A DNA stretch of 10,404 bases from Azolla caroliniana (taxonomy: Eukaryota; Plantae; Polypodiophyta). The notes beneath the pieces are model-generated. The model was not told where the DNA came from. It was given only the letters and a program-made list of their open reading frames with translations, and did no database searches. Positions within the stretch are counted from its first letter, which is position 1. Each line of letters starts with the position of its first letter. Positions 9,401-10,404 of this stretch are shown here, piece after piece. Location: contig JBHGNT010001276.1 of assembly GCA_043228905.1 (NCBI GenBank), positions 1 to 10,404 on the forward strand, given 5' to 3'. A program made the position numbers and the translations under genes.

Positions 9401-10404
9401 GAGAGAGAGGGGTGTAGTACTAGCAGCCAGTTTCATCAATATCTTCTCTGTGGATATGCGAAAACCAATTTATCTTACTTGGCTGGTACAAGGGGGATGG
9501 AGATTGGAGAAGGTATTTTCAACTGCTTTTGTTCCTTCATTGTATGATTTTGATGTGGTACATGTATTCAAAATTGCTTATAGGAATGCATGTTCTATGT
9601 CAGGAAATGGTGCTTATTTCAGATCCTATGACCGAGGTTCTGCCGGCTACATTCTCACTCATCAATCAGCAGAGTAACAGGTCATATTAAAATTGGTTTA
9701 GATTTTTCTAAGCATATTGAATGCACAGCTTGCAGTTTTCTTATTCAGATAGTCATTTCTAAACCCAATTCTAGTGTGCATCACATGATGTAAGATACAA
9801 AAAATAGTGTGGAAATACAAAAAATGCACACTCCAGATATGGCTTGGGGATGATTTGCCATATGATGTAAGATCCCTAGGAAAACATATGACATGTTTCT
9901 CCCAGCCAGAAACCTTTATGCATGTGTTGTGGCAATAATAGAGTACCCCTAGATTATGTAAACCCCAGGTTGACTTAGAGAGGTTGCCCCTGAACCCCTG
10001 GCTGGTACATTTGTGTTTGTTTTGTATGGTTTATTACTGGAGAAATAAATTTGGCTGAAAAGAATCTCCTATTTTCACAGTTCCTGCTTGAAAATGTAAG
10101 ATAATAAGACAATCTTGATTGTTCAGTATGCCACAAGTGTGGCAGCACCATCTTGAGTTCCCAAATTTTGTACGAAAATAACCATCTTTGTATCAAGAGA
10201 ATATGGGTTTTCATATTAGAATATCAATGAGGTATTTATTTTACCTTGTGCCATGAGAAATGATATATGCTAACATTTCCCAAACTTTTCTTGCAGAAAG
10301 TTACAAATTAGCTTGGAGCGTGAGTTTGGCAGTAATAATGCCTATGCCAAAACTGTGCGAATTTTTGTTCCCTACTGGATTTACAATAAAGCTGCTATCC
10401 CTCT
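187..10404 (+). CDS. VPS13: Internal part of a plant VPS13 (VPS13M2/At1g48090-like) lipid-transfer protein gene; join(187..498,1172..1807,1946..2164,3085..3179,3368..3660,3754..3838,3912..4187,4278..4652,4752..5070,6232..6390,6486..6649,6729..6900,6988..7245,7319..7522,7588..7642,7720..7889,8062..8586,8697..9512,9604..9680,10297..>10404); 5' and 3' partial
   Basis: Seen: all 19 introns are GT-AG with compatible phases, and the joined exons give a stop-free 1772-codon frame. Recognised VPS13 motifs: LSDKEYLLITGCATSNISE, IRIQRPRLLVVLDFLLAVGEFFVP, FNAQVKAWEPLIEPF, APLKLENLLP, RIFVPYWIYN. The M2 subfamily call rests on recalled similarity (FERMWWDKGG, KPEMRLMLGS, NQAKTFLARPDLKKP), not on a database search. 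Confidence 0.95.
624..942. repeat. Intronic tandem duplication, 2 x 157 bp (624-780, 781-937) plus a trailing CAGTT
   Basis: Direct alignment by eye: 149/157 identical, no indels, and all 8 differences are transitions. Confidence 0.97.
1172..1807 (+). CDS. VPS13: VPS13 exon 2 (LQDLWVNYRNN...KKLFFKNLKIK)
   Basis: Acceptor tttgcAG at 1171 (an in-frame alternative AG lies at 1177), donor AAG|GTactg; 636 nt, phase 0/0; contains QRPRLLVVLDFLLAVGEFFVP. Confidence 0.93.
1946..2164 (+). CDS. VPS13: VPS13 exon 3 (NGFILKDCIQL...FTLDVQ)
   Basis: Acceptor ccttgcAG, donor CAG|GTagtc; 219 nt, phase 0/0. Confidence 0.9.
3085..3179 (+). CDS. VPS13: VPS13 exon 4 (AIAPELTFYDSD...KLVRVKMDLNL), not in the ORF track
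   Basis: Acceptor ggcAG at 3084, donor AT|GTatga at 3180; 95 nt, phase 0/2; PELTFYD motif. Confidence 0.88.
3368..3660 (+). CDS. VPS13: VPS13 exon 5 (FAWKENDVWLRG...CSHFERIWVNT)
   Basis: Acceptor ttaccAG, donor CAG|GTatat; 293 nt, phase 2/1. Confidence 0.9.
3754..3838 (+). CDS. VPS13: VPS13 exon 6 (HISGQQFTIWRPRPPPGYVILSDSITSG), Vps62/DUF946-like repeat 1
   Basis: Acceptor ttgcAG, donor GG|GTgagt; 85 nt, phase 1/2; the frame differs from ORF-track ORF 3637..3819. Confidence 0.9.
3912..4187 (+). CDS. VPS13: VPS13 exon 7 (EAPPSQAVMA...SIWRPVAPPGYVALGC...PHQG), Vps62/DUF946-like repeat 1
   Basis: Acceptor gtgtAG, donor GG|GTatat; 276 nt, phase 2/2. Confidence 0.92.
4278..4652 (+). CDS. VPS13: VPS13 exon 8 (SEKNFSIWRVDN...FERMWWDKGG...GDHLVEG)
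   Basis: Acceptor ctcacAG, donor GG|GTaatg; 375 nt, phase 2/2. Confidence 0.92.
4752..5070 (+). CDS. VPS13: VPS13 exon 9 (LEPPNLG...WYPSAPAGYVTMGC...SIWKIQNQ), Vps62/DUF946-like repeat 2
   Basis: Atypical acceptor gggaAG at 4751, required to restore EGLEPP; donor CAA|GTgagt; 319 nt, phase 2/0. Confidence 0.9.
6232..6390 (+). CDS. VPS13: VPS13 exon 10 (AKTFLARPDLKKP...VLDDLRGL)
   Basis: Acceptor atacAG, donor TTG|GTaggt; 159 nt, phase 0/0. Confidence 0.9.
6486..6649 (+). CDS. VPS13: VPS13 exon 11 (VTPLANITIT...AWEPLIEPFEGIFK)
   Basis: Acceptor ggcAG, donor AA|GTaagt; 164 nt, phase 0/2; hallmark WEPLIEP motif. Confidence 0.93.
6709..6754. repeat. 17-bp perfect direct repeat TCATGATTCTCCATCTG (6709-6725 intronic, 6738-6754 exonic)
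   Basis: Two exact copies 29 nt apart on either side of the acceptor at 6728. Confidence 0.9.
6729..6900 (+). CDS. VPS13: VPS13 exon 12 (YESHDSPSG...ILSWKRQSELE...KMDP), not in the ORF track
   Basis: Acceptor ctgcAG, donor CCT|GTatga; 172 nt, phase 2/0. Confidence 0.87.
6988..7245 (+). CDS. VPS13: VPS13 exon 13 (DNDEVSK...SALEEDD...HVAIYVSEAK); C2 domain begins at its 3' end
   Basis: Acceptor ggacAG, donor AAG|GTgatg; 258 nt, phase 0/0. Confidence 0.88.
7319..7522 (+). CDS. VPS13: VPS13 exon 14 (DLPINEDGNG...QSARSRC...WNEVFIFDLPQE), C2 domain
   Basis: Acceptor tgatAG, donor GAG|GTattt; 204 nt, phase 0/0; WNE-x-F-x-F C2 motif. Confidence 0.9.
7588..7642 (+). CDS. VPS13: VPS13 exon 15 (GDAKMDIRVHNKAAKSGR), C2 domain, not in the ORF track
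   Basis: Acceptor tttgcAG, donor GAG|GTaatt; 55 nt, phase 0/1; needed to bridge the phases of exons 14 and 16. Confidence 0.88.
7720..7889 (+). CDS. VPS13: VPS13 exon 16 (GEAIGFVSFPLG...TFPIRK), C2 domain
   Basis: Acceptor catgtAG, donor AAG|GTagtt; 170 nt, phase 1/0. Confidence 0.88.
8062..8586 (+). CDS. VPS13: VPS13 exon 17 (KNNGSP...TLRSLVTVFNQTD...EEIFENQRY...SSQSR); end of C2, VAB start, N-terminal half of DysF
   Basis: Acceptor tacAG (CAGAAG tandem), donor CGG|GTaatg; 525 nt, phase 0/0. Confidence 0.92.
8697..9512 (+). CDS. VPS13: VPS13 exon 18 (EEIEPLLPSGWIW...RRRRWCR...APLKLENLLP...GGWRLEK); rest of DysF and VAB repeats
   Basis: Acceptor ttttAG after a long U-rich tract, donor AAG|GTattt; 816 nt, phase 0/0. 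Confidence 0.93.
9604..9680 (+). CDS. VPS13: VPS13 exon 19 (EMVLISDPMTEVLPATFSLINQQSNR)
   Basis: Acceptor tgtcAG, weak donor CAG|GTcata; 77 nt, phase 0/2; the frame differs from the tail of ORF 8712..9677. Confidence 0.83.
10297..10404 (+). CDS. VPS13: VPS13 exon 20, 3'-truncated by the window (KLQISLEREFG...RIFVPYWIYNKAAIP), VAB/SHR-BD repeat
   Basis: Branch-like CTAAC at 10270-10274, pyrimidine tract and ttgcAG at 10296; phase 2; PYWI-x-N is the VAB repeat signature. Confidence 0.92.

Noticed and set aside
6885-10214. Minus-strand ORFs 6885..7187, 7565..7756 and 9975..10214
   Set aside because: Short, antisense to exons or intronic, and without recognisable domains
499-10296. Search for U12-type or GC-AG introns
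   Set aside because: No RTATCCTT donor and no GC donor is needed. All 19 introns fit U2 GT-AG.
187-10404. Reading the + strand ORFs as a prokaryotic operon or a fragmented pseudogene
   Set aside because: All breaks coincide with GT-AG introns and splice into one intact frame. The TTG/GTG starts in the ORF track are not real initiators.

Overview
The window is eukaryotic (land-plant) genomic DNA. It lies entirely inside one large, intron-rich gene on the + strand: a VPS13-family bridge-like lipid transfer protein, most similar from memory to plant VPS13M2 / Arabidopsis At1g48090. I reconstructed 20 coding exons (187..10404) separated by 19 GT-AG introns of 65-1161 nt. The phases match at every junction and give one uninterrupted frame of 5318 nt (1772 codons + 2 nt), with neither start nor stop codon in the window. 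The encoded segment runs from the central rod region through two tandem Vps62/DUF946-like repeats, a C2 domain and a DysF (Peroxin/Ferlin) insertion into the VAB/SHR-BD repeats. The + strand ORFs of the supplied track are mostly exon fragments extended into introns, and the - strand ORFs look spurious. The clearest non-coding structure is a 2 x 157 bp tandem duplication in the first complete intron. I see no RNA genes, CRISPR, recognisable transposon ORFs or a convincing undescribed biological system. The findings are modest gene-structure and repeat observations.
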